A DNA stretch of 64,000 bases from Callorhinchus milii (lineage: Eukaryota): positions 1 through 64,000 of the forward strand of contig NW_024704897.1 in the NCBI RefSeq assembly GCF_018977255.1. Reading direction: 5' to 3'. Shown here one piece after another: positions 38,870 to 52,100 of the stretch. The translations under genes were made by a program, and so were the position numbers. Numbering within the stretch: position 1 is the stretch's first letter; every line of letters begins with the position of its first letter. The notes beneath the pieces were generated by a model that did no database searches, was not told the origin of the DNA, and saw only the letters and a program-made list of their open reading frames with translations.

Positions 38870-40050
38870 GAACATAGTAAAGCAATAGTACTAGAGAAAT
38901 TGATCAGATTAAAAACCGATAAATACCCTGGACCTGATGGACTGCATCCTTGGATATTAAAAGACGTGGCTGCAGAGACAGTGGATGCTTTGTTTTTGAT
39001 CCTCCAAAATTCCCTGGATTCTGTAATGGTTGCCATTGATTCGAGGGTCTCAAACGCAATGCCACTATTTAAGAAGGATGGGAGACAAAAAATGGGGATC
39101 TTTTGACCAGTTAGTTTGACATCAGTGATAGGGAAAATTCTAGAGTCCTTAATTAGGGACTTCTTCTTGGGGTACTTAGAAAATTATAACGTTATTAGAC
39201 AGATTCAACTTGGGTTTAGGAAAGGAAAATCTTGTTCAACAAATATTTTTATAGTTTCTTGAGGATGTAAATAGCAGGTTAGATGGGGGAACCAGATGTG
39301 GTGTATTTGAGATTTCCAGAAACACTTTACAAGGTGCCGCATAAAAGCCTGGTGCACAAGATTAGAGCCCATGGAATTCAACGTATTATATTAAAGTGAT
39401 TGGAAATTGGCTCACAGTAAGAAAACGGAGAGTAGGGTAAACTTGTCCACCTCAGATTGGCAGGATGTGACTAGTGGAGCGCCACAAGGATCAGCGCTTG
39501 GGCCTCAAATATTTAATAATAATAATAATCCTTGCATTTGATATAGCGCTTTACACGTCTTCCAGACATCTCAAAGCGCTTCACAGAATAGGCTGTGAAG
39601 TGAATTGACTGTATATTTGGGAGCGAAATGCGGGCCAATTGCGCACAGCAGGTAGATTGAAATGAATAACTTATATTTTTTGAGGGATTATTATCAGGCG
39701 TGTGGAGGAAGGAACCTTGCCCAAGGTTTTGTCCTTCCGGGCGTCAAACCTGGGTCTTTCGCTTGCAAAGCGAGTGTTCGAAACATTGAGCTACATGCCT
39801 CCACCATATCGATGATTTAGATGAGGAAATAGAACTTAACATGTCTAAATTTGTTGACGATACGAAGATTGGTGGGAGAGTAAGCTGTGAGGATGACACA
39901 CAAAGAATGCAAAGGGAAATAGATAGCCTAGGTGAGTGGGCAAGAAGGTGGCAGATGGAGTATAAGAGAAGTGTGAAGTTATTCATCTAGGTAGTGAGAA
40001 CAGAAAAGCGGACTATTTTCTAGAGGTGGAGATGAGGTAGTGTAAGTGTA
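38870..40050 (+). mobile_element. CR1 LINE RT fragment interrupted by an antisense SINE (~39520-39800)
   Basis: KYPGPDGLHPWILKD, PLFKKD, GFRKGKSC and SGAPQGSALGPQ motifs; resumes with SKFVDDTKIG after the SINE. Confidence 0.85.
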
Positions 40051-40064
40051 CGCACCTTTAAAGG

Positions 40065-40460
40065 CATCCATGGCCTTGCGCCCTCCTACGTCTCTCACCT
40101 TCTGACTCCCAAACAACCTGTTCGCTCCCTCCGTTCATCGGGCTCCGCCTGCTCCATGTCTCCAGCTCGACCCGTCCTACCATCTTTGGTAGGGCTTTCA
40201 GACTCTCTGCCCCCATACTCTGGAACTCCAAACCACAGTCCTTTCGCCTCGCTTCCTCCCTTGCTTCCTTCAATGCCTGGCTCAAGACCCTTCTCTCCGA
40301 TAGTGCCTTTGGTCTCCCTCCCACTTCTCTGCCTTCCCTCAACTCTACACCATCCCTCCCCCATGCTCGGGCTCCGAAAACTAACCGTTCAGCGCTTTTG
40401 GACTTCCTCCCGACGTGAAAGGCGCTCTATAAATGTTGTTCTTCTTGTTTTTGTTGTTGT
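40065..40460 (+). mobile_element. L2 LINE 3' end
   Basis: Same 3' UTR and tail CCCGACGTGAAAGGCGCTCTATAAATG followed by (TTG)n. Confidence 0.85.
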
Positions 40461-42288
40461 TGTATTTCTTAATTTCACTCAATCAACTGTTTTCAATCCA
40501 CGAATGTTTGCAGGACACTGCTGTGCTCAACTGCGTGTCGCATTTCGAGAAGTTTTGGTCACACTGTATTAGGTATATGTAAATGTAAATATTTTATCAC
40601 GCATTTTGGTCTTCGAAATAAAACATTAATATAGTTTAACTCGCGATAGAATGGGAAATTATCTTGGCTGCGTTGACAGCATTCTTGTTCTGAGTCAGAG
40701 GAAGTTTGCTGATGCCCCACATAATGAGTTTTAACTCACCCTCTAAATTGAGGAGGAATGGTGTGTAAGTTTGTATTTGTGATGATTCTTTTGAAGGTTT
40801 TACAATTAGTATAATTTTAAATTATAAACAACCACTTTTAATCGGTTTAGTATAACGTTCCTTATTTATTAGGGCATACATATCTGTGTCTGTGTGTTTA
40901 ATGACCAAGTTAGGCCCGCAGAGAGGGTACATGTGTCAATTAGCCTTTTGAAAAGTTAAACATATACCGTGTTGACCGCGATTTAGCTCAGGCACTGGTA
41001 ATTTTCCTTCAATCGATGTCTGGGTTCTATGTCATGTTCCCATCTAAGAACTGGGTTACAATTTTCTTTATTATAGATGTGAAAACAAACGGGGCTCAAC
41101 TGCTTATCTCAAGACAAAGAAAGAGGAAGATGGCAGAATCCTGCCAAGTAGCTGACCAAATCTCATTATCCTCATCAGTGTTGGTAATGAATTAAATACA
41201 CGCAATATTTATTTTGTATCTCAGTTACAGCATATTAATTTATTCATGTGAAACACGTTTTAAGATATGCCTGGATGTATCCAAGGTTTCATAATTTAAA
41301 AAAAAGATAATGGTGCAACAGTAATATATGGACAAAATACTGAGATCGAGGGGATTAACTTGACACTTTGAGCATTATATCAGAACAATGTGAGGGGAAA
41401 ATTGGATGGCGGGCATTATTGCTTAAAAAGTTGAGTTTAAACTCACTAGTCCTCAAAGAGGCAGTGTAGAGGAGCACAACCAGCATGATCCACACAAAAA
41501 GAAGATAAGTACAACGAATGGACTCGCTTGGACCCTTCAGTTTTCAGAATATATGATTCAAGAGGGATCAATCGAGATGCCTGAAAATTATAAGGAATTG
41601 TAAAATTAAAGCTGGATAATTATTTTAGGTTGAAAGCGGAAGCAGTGGGCATAGAATTGAAGTTCCTAAGGGAAATTTGAGCACAAATACTGCTTGATGC
41701 AGTGATGGGGGCGGTATGAGAGGTTTTCAGGAGGGACAATATCGCATGGTCGAAGGGTCTTCTCCGTCCAATCCCATCCTGTGGTCACAGAAACAAACGC
41801 TGATATGTTCCGACCTGCTTCATTATGCGAAGAATCACTTGAGAAATTCAAATTGCTTTACATGTGACAAGCTCGAGAATGGAGTCTCCCAGGGCTCCAG
41901 TGTTCTTGCCAGTATTTAGCTTCCTTTCATACAGAGGGTCCCCGTGACTAATTTATCTGATATGTATATCGGATGTGGCTTTGATGACTTACTTGCTTCA
42001 AATACATTACCTACTTACTGTGCACCATAGAATGACCCGATAAACCAAGTGGGAGAGAAACCAGATCTCACTTTATAGTGCAGCAACAGGGACTTCAAGA
42101 AAATAGTGACACATATTGAGGGTACACACATATCCATGAATAAACGTATACATTAATATAATTTATTGAAGCTAATCCTACACATTTAATAGTTATTAAT
42201 TAATGTATATCAATCAATGCCGCCATCTTTAAAGGAAAACTTTTTCCTGAAAATGTAATATCAAACAATGTATTGATAAAGGTTGTAA

Positions 42289-42322
<34 letters not shown>

Positions 42323-42622
42323 CTTGCATTTGATATAGCATTTTCATGTCGGGAGGACGTCCCAAAGCGCTTCACAGAACACACTGTAAATTGAGTTGAC
42401 TGTATATATTTGTGGGCAAACCTCATAGCAATAGTGCACCTCATGCATATTGCTGACGTGTCTGAAGTTGATTGTTCCACCATCCGTAACCAATGTGATG
42501 ATCTCATCTCATAACAATCTCTATGGAGTTTTATGCTATAAACATGTGACTTTACTGTTTAAATGTAACAGAATTGACGCTGTATTTTTACTTCATAGCA
42601 CAGATTATCGTTGCCCGGAAAG

Positions 42623-44446
42623 ATGCAGGGAAGGGCCAAACTGCTGAAGATACAACTCATTTATTATCCTCTTCTTGCAGCTATTGGAATTCCTGGTGAG
42701 TGGCTACATACTGCTTCTTGATATGTGCAGCTCATCATGTCACTGCCCAGTACTCATCTCACTGTTAGATATCAGGTAGTGTAAAATGTATTAGTTTGTT
42801 TGCATTTGCAGCGCAATATGATTTGCGTTTTCACAGGAATCACAATGTTATTGGGGCATTAACATCGATAGCTCAACTGTCAATTACTTTCAATGCAATT
42901 GTAACTGAGAATATCGCTTTACATGTTCCCACGTCTAGTCACGACTTCCTACCGATGTTCTGATTGCTTCCTTATCTGACATTCATGCCCTGATGAGCGT
43001 CAACTTTGTGCAGCTGAGCATTGACAACAAAGAAACAATCATCTTCGTGTCCCATCAGTGTTTTCTCAACCTCTTAACTTCCCTGTCGTATTCCTCAGAC
43101 CCATCTATCCTGTAAGCAATCTTAGCGTCACTATCAATGCCCATTGATACTTCCTACCCAACATGCGGTCTCTCACCCCGATTTTATTTCTCCACCATCA
43201 ACACATTTTCTGCCTTCCCCTCTATCTTAATTTAAACGCTGCTAAAATTCGTATTCATACTTTCATCACCTCCTGTCTTGTTTACTCCAATGCACTCCAA
43301 CGCCATCACCCCAACTCCACTTTTAAGATTATCCAATTTATTGAAAACGCTGGTATCCATGTCATTACCCACAGCAACCTCCAGAACGCACCTACCCCGT
43401 TCTTGTGCCCCACCAATCTGCCTTAGCTCCCTGATATTTCATGTGCCGCAAAGGTATTCTGGGTTTATATAAACTCTCCAGCAATGCTGCTGTATTTGTT
43501 TAAATTCCACTGCAACCCATCAAGAGTTTCTCTTGCAGTGAATTTACTGGCGATTGGGATCCTGTCCCGAGGAAAGTGCGGATTGTCCAAGTGTATCACC
43601 CGCTACCTGGTGGCCATGGCAGCGGCGGATCTGTCAGTCATTGTCTCCGAAGTAATCCTGAAACAAATTGGTGAGATATATTTACATACCACATTTTTGT
43701 TCTACACTCCTGTCTGCAGCTTCATTCATGTCATTTCTGCTGCCGCCGTGGACTCTGCTGTGTGGCTAACTGTGGCTTTCACGTTTGATCGCTTTGTGGC
43801 CATTTGTTATCAGAGACTGAAACAAAAATACTGCACTGAGAGAACAGCGTCTGTGGTGATAGGAACTTTAATTGCGTTACTCTGCTTGGAAAATATTCCC
43901 TTATATTTTACATTCCACCGTTACGGTAAAATTGATAACATGCCCTGGGGCTGCTTTGTCAAAGCAAAGATTCGCTATCAGCCCGCGTGGATCGCATTTT
44001 ATTGGTTTGAACAGATTTTGGTCCCTTTGCTCCCATTCGTGTTGATTTTGCTGCTCAACGCTCTGACCGTCAGATACATTCTTGTGGCGAGTCGAGTCCG
44101 CACCAAACTGCGGGTCTGCACCAGCAGCGCTGATCATCGCAATGATCCGCAAATGGCGAACAGAAAGAAATCCATCATTTTACTGTTCAGTGTATCACTT
44201 AGCTTTATATTGTTGTGGATGACATCTATTGCACATTATATACAATACAGAGTTAAAGAGCTTTACAGGTCGAGAGGTCTCTATAACCCGTTGGCAATGT
44301 TTGAAGAAGCAGGTTTTATGCTTCAGCTGCTGAGTTCCTGCACAAACACAGCCATCTATGCGGTCACTCAGACCAAATTCAGAGAGGAGCTGAAGAATGC
44401 AATTAAATATCCTTTCACAATCAATAGTAAATATTCTAAAAAGTGA
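42623..44446 (+). CDS. GPR139-like class A GPCR, intact, two exons (42623-42695, 43539-44446), 326 aa
   Basis: Exon 1 MQGRAKLLKIQLIYYPLLAAIGIP + G|GTGAGT; acceptor TCTTGCAG|TG gives V-NLLAIGILSRG; YLVAMAAADL, FTFDRF, TNTAIYAVTQTKFREEL. The ORF-track start at 43484 is intronic. Confidence 0.9.
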
Positions 44447-46869
44447 AATAGAAGAAGACAAACTGGAGCAAACGTTAAACCAGAAAATACATACTGTTCA
44501 CCCGTATATTTATAACTGTGTCTGTTACAATATTTATCCGCTAAATCGACATTTATAACAATAATGTTTGTGCCATATTATACTGTCCCTCTTTAGTTAT
44601 GGTAAAGGTTTCCTCGCCTCCCTTCCTGTTTGGTCGCCGTGTGATCAGCGATGATCACTGTTCAGTTTATTGTTTTAGCTAAGTTAGGTGTGCCTTTGCT
44701 AGTTAGCGTTTCTTGACTTAACCAAGCAGAAAGGTAATCGTAGTTAAACTAACCTGAACTCAAAACATAGTTTGCATAACTCCAGATAAAATATTATTAA
44801 CAAATATCGGTATAATGAAGGGATAAATTGTCAAAGCGAGAAGAAATGAACTTGTTAGTGGAGCTTCATTTTGTTGTGATGTTTGCTGATGATCTGGTCC
44901 TATATTGTGTAAATCTTTATTCTTTACTGCAATGCTGCTGCCATTACCACGTTTATTGACTCATTGTGAAATTATGTGTTTTTTCCTCTCGTAAAAGAAT
45001 AGATTATAAGGCATGAAATAAAAGTGACTGCAGTGATTCTGATTTCGTGTTCCGAGTTTTTGTTTTAACTGACCAGAATTAGACCGTCTTTGGTCTCAGC
45101 ACCTTTTATCTCAGGTTTCCACAGCGAGGTTAGTTCCACCTCTGGCCGCTCACCAGGTCCCGACTTTACGCGCAGAATGCACAGACCTACAGCAGGTCCC
45201 CGACATTTTACTTCGCCATTGGTTGTCGTTGCCATGTGCTACTGGCTCCCAAACTTTAGTCATTGAATGTTTCAATCTCCAAGCCTCGTCTTCTCTTTAA
45301 ATATCTTGAAGTTTCGCCTTAAAATCTTCGACTGTCGTTCTCCTCTCCTTCCAGTCACGATAGCAACCCCAGAAGCTGTCCTGTGGAAAGGCGCTCCAAT
45401 ATTTCAAGTTATTTTTCATGTTGTACTTTCATTCAGAATATCGTGTTGGAGAAAAGCAAATGTTCATACAGCGCTATGGATTTCCATGGGAACAAGCGTA
45501 TGTATAAAATGCTTTTCATCATCTCTGGCATTTGTGCAAGAAAATCAAACAGATAAGCTCATTATTGTATGACACAAAATATATTCACAAAAGGGTTGAT
45601 ACTCGTATTGCCAAACACATGATTGCGGTTTCCCAGCGAGTTCTCGTGTTCATCTCAGATCAGTGAAACTCACTTCACGGGTATCTAAGTTTCTGCGGAT
45701 TGCGTCATCGTCCTGAGTTGGTGTCGCTTTGCTCTTTTTATTCACTTGATCGGAAAGGAGATCACATGCATGGCGTGGGTTTGTCTAGAAACTCAACTTA
45801 GTGAAACAGATAAAAATCATGAACATATACCTCCGCTTTGTACACAGATACAATTATCTGCAGAGTGAGCAGAGAAAAATAAAAACTGTTGCTCAGTTCA
45901 CGCAGTGTTCGCATTCACTATGACAATTTTCGAGTACATACTGTTGGGATTTACGAACCCGTAGTTCGGAATATGACTCGACAATCCAAATACAGTGCAG
46001 CAGAGTTTATTATGTACAGAGTGAACACAACAAGTTACTACAAATGTGTAATAAATTATACTACCAGTCTTTGAAGACAGTCACGGAACATCATGGAACA
46101 CCTGCCCTGTGAACTTAAGGGGCCTCTCCACACTGGTCTCTCTGTCTCTCTCTCTCTCTGGAGCCATCCTGTTCTTCTAACTGTTCTCACCTGGAGTGCC
46201 ATAGTTATACCCTTTCTCCAAGTGTCCTTCCTTGGGCCCCTCTACCCACTTCTGATACAGTCGTGTATTTAGGTTAATCAACCATTTGGCTTGGTGCCAA
46301 CCTGACTGAGTCTCCACGAGGTCTTCTTTTTGTCCTGTCTAAGATAGGAAATTGATCTGTTTGGGGCTGTATCTTGTGATTGTTATTTTGTCATGGGGGA
46401 TCATGAGTATATTCCTTTTAAGCATCTCTATCCCGGGATGGTACCAAAGACCTCTAGTTTAAACAGCTTGCTCATTAGTTGCTATTCTTGAGGATTGCCT
46501 TTTGGCGCTTGGTCCCATCAGAATCTCGCGACTTATTGCTCAGTCGAGATCCTGTGTTGACCGGTGCCGGGGACCGTTAGCTCTGTGGCAGTGCTGTCAT
46601 TTACTGATAAGAGGGGATAACAGTTTTCCAAAGCTGTTTTGTTATTCTTTCAAAACCAGAGAAAACCAGATGTATCCTATCCTATGACTGTCGGTACCTT
46701 CTGCATTCTACGTTTGTTTAATGTTCATTATTATTAGACTACAACTTCTACAATCTAATATCTGGAAGAAGGGACAGCAGTGTTTGACATCACAACACAG
46801 TGCAGAAGGAGAAACACAAAATGGTTTTCACCCTAATCTTTGACAGTATTGGGGGTAAAGCCGGGGATT

Positions 46870-47230
46870 AGATTTGTCTGAAGCCTTTTACCATATTTCC
46901 ATTGTGATCCATCAGAAACTAAGCACAAGTGGTCAACATGCCAAACAGCATCGGATCTGCGATCTTTAACCACAAAGCGTGTATGAGCCATTTGACTGGT
47001 CTGGGCGTCACACAGCATCTGATCACAAAAAAATCTGAAATAATAAAGTGCAGACCTGACAGATTCCCGGCTGCCTGCTGCTCTTCCAGGAAATATGGTA
47101 AACCATCAACACTCATTTCTTGATAAATTGTTTGCATCACTATCCCTTCTTCTGTGAGAAGGTTTTTACTCATTAAAAAATCATTGAGTGACGATCTACA
47201 ATGAAGAAAAAATTGTTTTAACATCCAAAT
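46870..47230 (-). mobile_element. Decayed hAT-type transposase fragment
   Basis: Order of motifs SVDG ... LHFI ... (stop) FLMDHNGNMVKGF resembles hAT TxDxW ... HFI ... VTDNxxNMVKAF. Confidence 0.45.
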
Positions 47231-47359
47231 TTTCGCTCATCATTTCATTTCATCAATTAAAAAAACAGGTTTCTTTACAACGGGAAACAGCCCATCCTTT
47301 AGTTGGATTGAAAAGAGTCCTTCAAAGAAGAATTTCAGGTGGTGATTGTGATTATGTCA

Positions 47360-48125
47360 TGGATGTGTAGTGACTGTGTGTGCCAAGGAGCTGTCATTAC
47401 TTTGTGGGCGTGACAGGGATATACAGTGACTTTGTGTGAGTGGGACATGTAGTAATTATTTGTGTGTGTGAAATGGAGGGTATAGTGACTGTGTGCGTGA
47501 CAAGGCGGGTTAGCGACTGTGCGTGAATTGGGGGTGTGTTGACTGTGTGTGACAAGGCGTTATAGTGACTGTGTGATTGATAGGGATGTGCAGCGACACT
47601 TTGTGAGTTTGCGACAGAGAGGTGTAGTGACTGTGTGTGATATGGAGGTGTAATGACTGTGAGTGAAACAAGGAGGTGTCGTGAATGTGTCTGTGACAGG
47701 GAGTTGTACTGACTGTGTTTGTGAGTGGGATTTGTAGTGACTGAGTGTGTGTGATAGAGTGACTGTGTGTATGACATGGAGGTGTAGTGAATGTGTGTGA
47801 GACAGGGAGGTGAGTGATTGTGTCTTTGACAGGGAGTTGTAGTGACTGTGTGTAACAGGGAGTTGTAGTGACTGTGTTTGTGAGTGGGAGGTGCACAGAC
47901 TGTGTGTGGCACAATGGTATGTAGTGATGGTGTGTTTGATAGGGAAGTATAGTGACTATATTTGTGTGACAGGGAAGCGCAGTGAGTGTGTGTGTGACAG
48001 GTTGGTGTATTGACTGTGTGTGAGAGGGAGCTATGGTGAATCTGTGTGCGTGACAGGCAGGTGCAGTGACTATGTGTCTGACAGGAGGTGTAGTGATTCT
48101 GTGTGTGACAGAGAGGTGTCATGAC
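47360..48125. repeat. Diverged minisatellite, ~26-bp unit (GTAGTGACTGTGTGTGACAGGGAG-like)
   Basis: Recurring GTGACTGTGTG...GACA/GAG motif. Confidence 0.75.
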
Positions 48126-49180
48126 AGTAAGTCGCTCCTCCTCATAATGTGCGATTTCAATCTCCATCTAAACACTCGTTGCACCAAATCTTCTGAGTTC
48201 ACTGCCCTCCTCTCCTCCCGAAACCTCACCGTTCACATTAATGGCCTCCCCAATCTTCACATTCAATGCCAAGTGAGAGGATGTCATGGACCTCTTTACA
48301 TCCAAAATACATAACACCCGCCAGGCAGCCTCATCCTCCTGCCTGTTCTCCCCCACACAATCCCCTCTCGCTCCCCCTCCTCTTCCTCACCATCAACTCC
48401 TACCACGACCCCCACCCTAATCTCCTTCCTCCCCTTCTCTCCCTCCTCGCTTTCACTCACCATCACCTCAAAATAATCACCGCCTTCTGCCTCGACCCCC
48501 TCCACACCAACTTGCTTTGCACACAACTCCCCGTCCTCTGCCCACAACCGGTTGGTGTCATCAACCAGTCCCTTTTCTCTGGATTAGGCACTGTCCCCCG
48601 CAAAACTGCTGACATCAATCCCCTCCTCAAAAACCCTCCATAGATCCCTCAAACTCCAGCCATTACCGTCCTATTTCTAACCTGACCTTCCTCTCAATAG
48701 TTATAGAAGCTATGTGGTTTTACCTCATCTCCCACTCTATTTTCGAACCCCTCCAGTCCGGTTTCCGCTCAAACTTCAGAGACTGCGCTTGCGAAAGTCA
48801 CAAACGACATCCTATCTATCTGTGACCAGGGTTCCCTCTGCCTCCATGTCCTGCTGGACCTCTCCGTCGCTTTCAACAAAGTCGATCACGCCATCCTCCT
48901 CCACCGCCTTTCATCGGTCATCTACCTCAATGGGACCACACTCGCCTGGTGCCAGTCCTACCTCACAAACCGCCAGCAGTACATCTGCACAAACGGTGTC
49001 TCCTCACGATCTCAATCGGTTACATGCGGGGTACCTCAAGTTTGCATCCTTGGCCCCCTCCTCTTTCTGATCTACATGCTCCCTCTTGGTGATGTCATCC
49101 GCAGAAATGGGGTACAATGCCACATGTATGCAGGTGACACCCAACTCTACTTTTCCACCTCGCTTTGCGACCCCTAGTCC
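48125..49180 (+). mobile_element. L2 LINE endonuclease/RT fragments
   Basis: LCDFNLH, QSGFR, LLDLSVAFNKVDHAILLHRL, GVPQVCILGPLLFLIYMLPLGDVI and YAGDTQLY motifs, frameshifted. Confidence 0.85.
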
Positions 49181-52100
49181 CGTGATATTGTGTGAGAGTG
49201 GGAGAGAGAATGTGTGTGTGTGTGTGAGAGAGTGAGAGAGAGACTGTGTGTGTGAGAGAGAGAGACTGTGTGTGTAAGAGAGAGACACTGTGGGTTTGTG
49301 TGAGAGAGAGACTGTGTGTGAGAGAGAGAGACTGTTTGTGTGAGAGAGAGACTGTGTGTGAGAGAGAGTGATAGGGAGAATGTGTGTGTGTGAGAGAGAG
49401 TGAGAGAGAGAGAGAGAGAGAGACTGTGTGAGAGAGAGAGAGAGAGAGAGAGAACATTTGTGTGTGAGAGAGAGACTGTAATAATATATAATAATAATAA
49501 TAATCCTTGCATTTGATATAGCGCTTTTCACGTCGGGAGGACGTCCCAAAGCGCTTCACAGAACACATTGTAAAGTGAATTGACTGTATATTTGTGGGCA
49601 AACGCGGCAGCCAATTGCGCACAGCAGTGTCCCACAAACAGTCGTAGATTGAAAATGACCAATTTATTATTGTTTTGGGTTTTGGAGGGATTATTATTAG
49701 GCGTGTGGAGTAAGGAAACTTGCCAAAGGTTTCGCCCTGTGCCTGTGTGTGTGAGAGAGACACTTTGTGTGTGTATGAGAGAGAGACTGTGTGTGAGAGA
49801 GAGACTGTGTGTGAGGGAGAGAGAGTGTGTGTGAGAGAGAGAGAGAGAGACTGTGTGTGTGGGGGAGAGAGACATTGTGTGTGTGAGAGTGAGAAAATGT
49901 GTGTGAGAGAGAGACTCTTTGTTTGTTTGGGAGAGACTGTGTGTGCTTGAGATACTGTGTGTAAGTGTGAGAGAGATTGTGTGTATATCTGTCAGAGATA
50001 GACTGTGTGTGTGAGAGAGCAAGAGAGAAAGAGAGAGAGAAAGAGAGGCAGTTTGTGAGTGAGATAGAAACTGTGTGTGTGTGAGAGAGAGTGAGAGAGA
50101 GAGAGAGACTGTGTGTGTGTGAGATTGAGAGACTCTGTGTATGAGAGAGAGAGAATGTGTGTGTGTGAGAGAGAGAGAGACTGTGTGAGGGAGATATAGA
50201 CTGTGTATGTGTGTGAGAGAGAGACTGTGTTTGTGTGTGTGAGAGAGAGACTGTGTGTGTGAGAGAGTGGGAGAGAGAACGTGTGTGTGTGAGAGGGAGT
50301 GACAGAGAGACTGTGTGTGTGTGAGAGAGAGATAGACTGTGTGTATCTGTGTGTGTGTGAGAGCGAGCGAGAGAGAGAGGGACAGTGTGTTAGTGAGACA
50401 GAAACTGTGCGTGTGAGAGAGAGATAGAGACTGTGTGTGTGTGTGTCTGTGAGAGTGAGAGAGAGATTGTGTGCCACTGTGTGAGAGAAACTGTGTGTGT
50501 GTGTCTGTGAGAGTGAGAGAGAGACAGTGTGTGTGAGAGATACAGACTCTGTGTGTGACAGAGAGAGAGACTGTGTGTGTGAGAGAGAGTGAGAGAGAGA
50601 ATGTGTGTGTGTGTGAGAGTGAGAAAGAGACTGTGTGTATGTGAGAGAGACTGGGTTTGTGTGTGTGAGAGAGAGAGAGAAAATGTGTGAGAGAGACTCT
50701 TTGTTTGTGTGAGAGAGAGAGACTCTGTGTGTCTGTGTGAGATACTGTGTGTAAGTGTGAGAGAGAGACTGCATGTATGTGTTGGAGAGAGAGATAGACT
50801 ATGTGTACCTGTGTGTGTGAGAGAGAGAGAGGGACAGTGTGNNNNNNNNNNNNNNNNNNNNNNNNNNNNNNNNNNNNNNNNNNNNNNNNNNNNNNNNNNN
50901 NNNNNNNNNNNNNNNNNNNNNNNNNNNNNNNNNNNNNNNNNNNNNNNNNNNNNNNNNNNNNNNNNNNNNNGAGCGACACTGTGTGTTTGTGTGAGAGAGT
51001 GACAGTGTGTGAGAGACAGAGACTGTGTGTGAGAGAGGGAGAGACTGTGTGTGGGAGAGAGACACTGTGTGTGTGAGAGAGTTTGAGAGTGAGAGAGACT
51101 GCGTGTGTGTGAGAAAGAGAGAGACCGTTTGTGTGTGAGAGAGAGGGACTGTGTGTGTGAGAGAGAGACACTGTATGTTTGTGTGAGAGAGTGACAGTGT
51201 GTGAGAGACAGAGACTGTGTGTGGAAGAGAGACACTGTGTGTTTGAGAGAGAGAGACTGTGTGTGCGTGAGAGTGAGAGACTCTGTGTATGAGAGAGAGG
51301 GACTGTGTGTGTGTGAGAGACAGAGAGACTGCCTGTGAGAGACAGAGACTGTGTAAGTGTGTGAGAGAGAGACTGTGTTTTTGTGTGTGAGAGAGAGAGA
51401 CTGTGTGTGTGAGAGGGAGAGACTGTGTTTGGGAGAGAGACACTGTGTGTGAGAGAGAGAGAGACTGTATGTGTACACGAGAAAGAGAATGTGTGTGTGT
51501 GAGAGAGAGTGAGAGAGAGAGACTGTGTGTTTGTGTGAGAGAGTGACAGTGTGTGAGAGACAGAGACTGTGTGTGGAAGAGAGACACTGTGTATTTGAGA
51601 GAGAGAGACTGTGTGTGTGAGAGAGAGATAGACTGTGTGTATCTGTTTGTGTGTGGGAGCGAGCGAGAGAGAGAGAGAGTGTGTTAGTGAGACAGAAACT
51701 GTGCGTGTGAGAGAGAGATAGACTGTGTGTGTGTGTATGTGTCTCTGAGAGTGAGAGAGAGATTGTGTGCGTCTGTGTGAGAGAGACTGTGTGTGTGTGT
51801 GTCTGTGAGAGTGAGAGAGAGACTGTGTGTGTGAGAGATACAGACTCTGTGTGTGACAGAGAGAGACTGTGTGTGAGGGAGAGAGAGTGTGTGTGTGAGA
51901 GAGAGAGAGACTGTGTGTGAGAGAGATAGAGACTGTGAGTTAGAGACAGAGACTGTGTATGTGAATGAGAGAGAGACTGTGTTTGTGTGTGTGAGAGAGA
52001 GAAAATGTGTGTGAGAGAGAGACTCTTTGTTTGATTGAGAGAGACTGTGTGTGCTTGAGATACTGTGTGTAAGTGTGAGAGAGATTGTGTGTATGTGTGT

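Noticed and set aside
43484-43538. ORF-track N-terminus MLLYLFKFHCNPSRVSLA of the GPCR
   Set aside because: Intronic read-through; a canonical acceptor at 43537-43538 and a proper exon 1 at 42623 exist.
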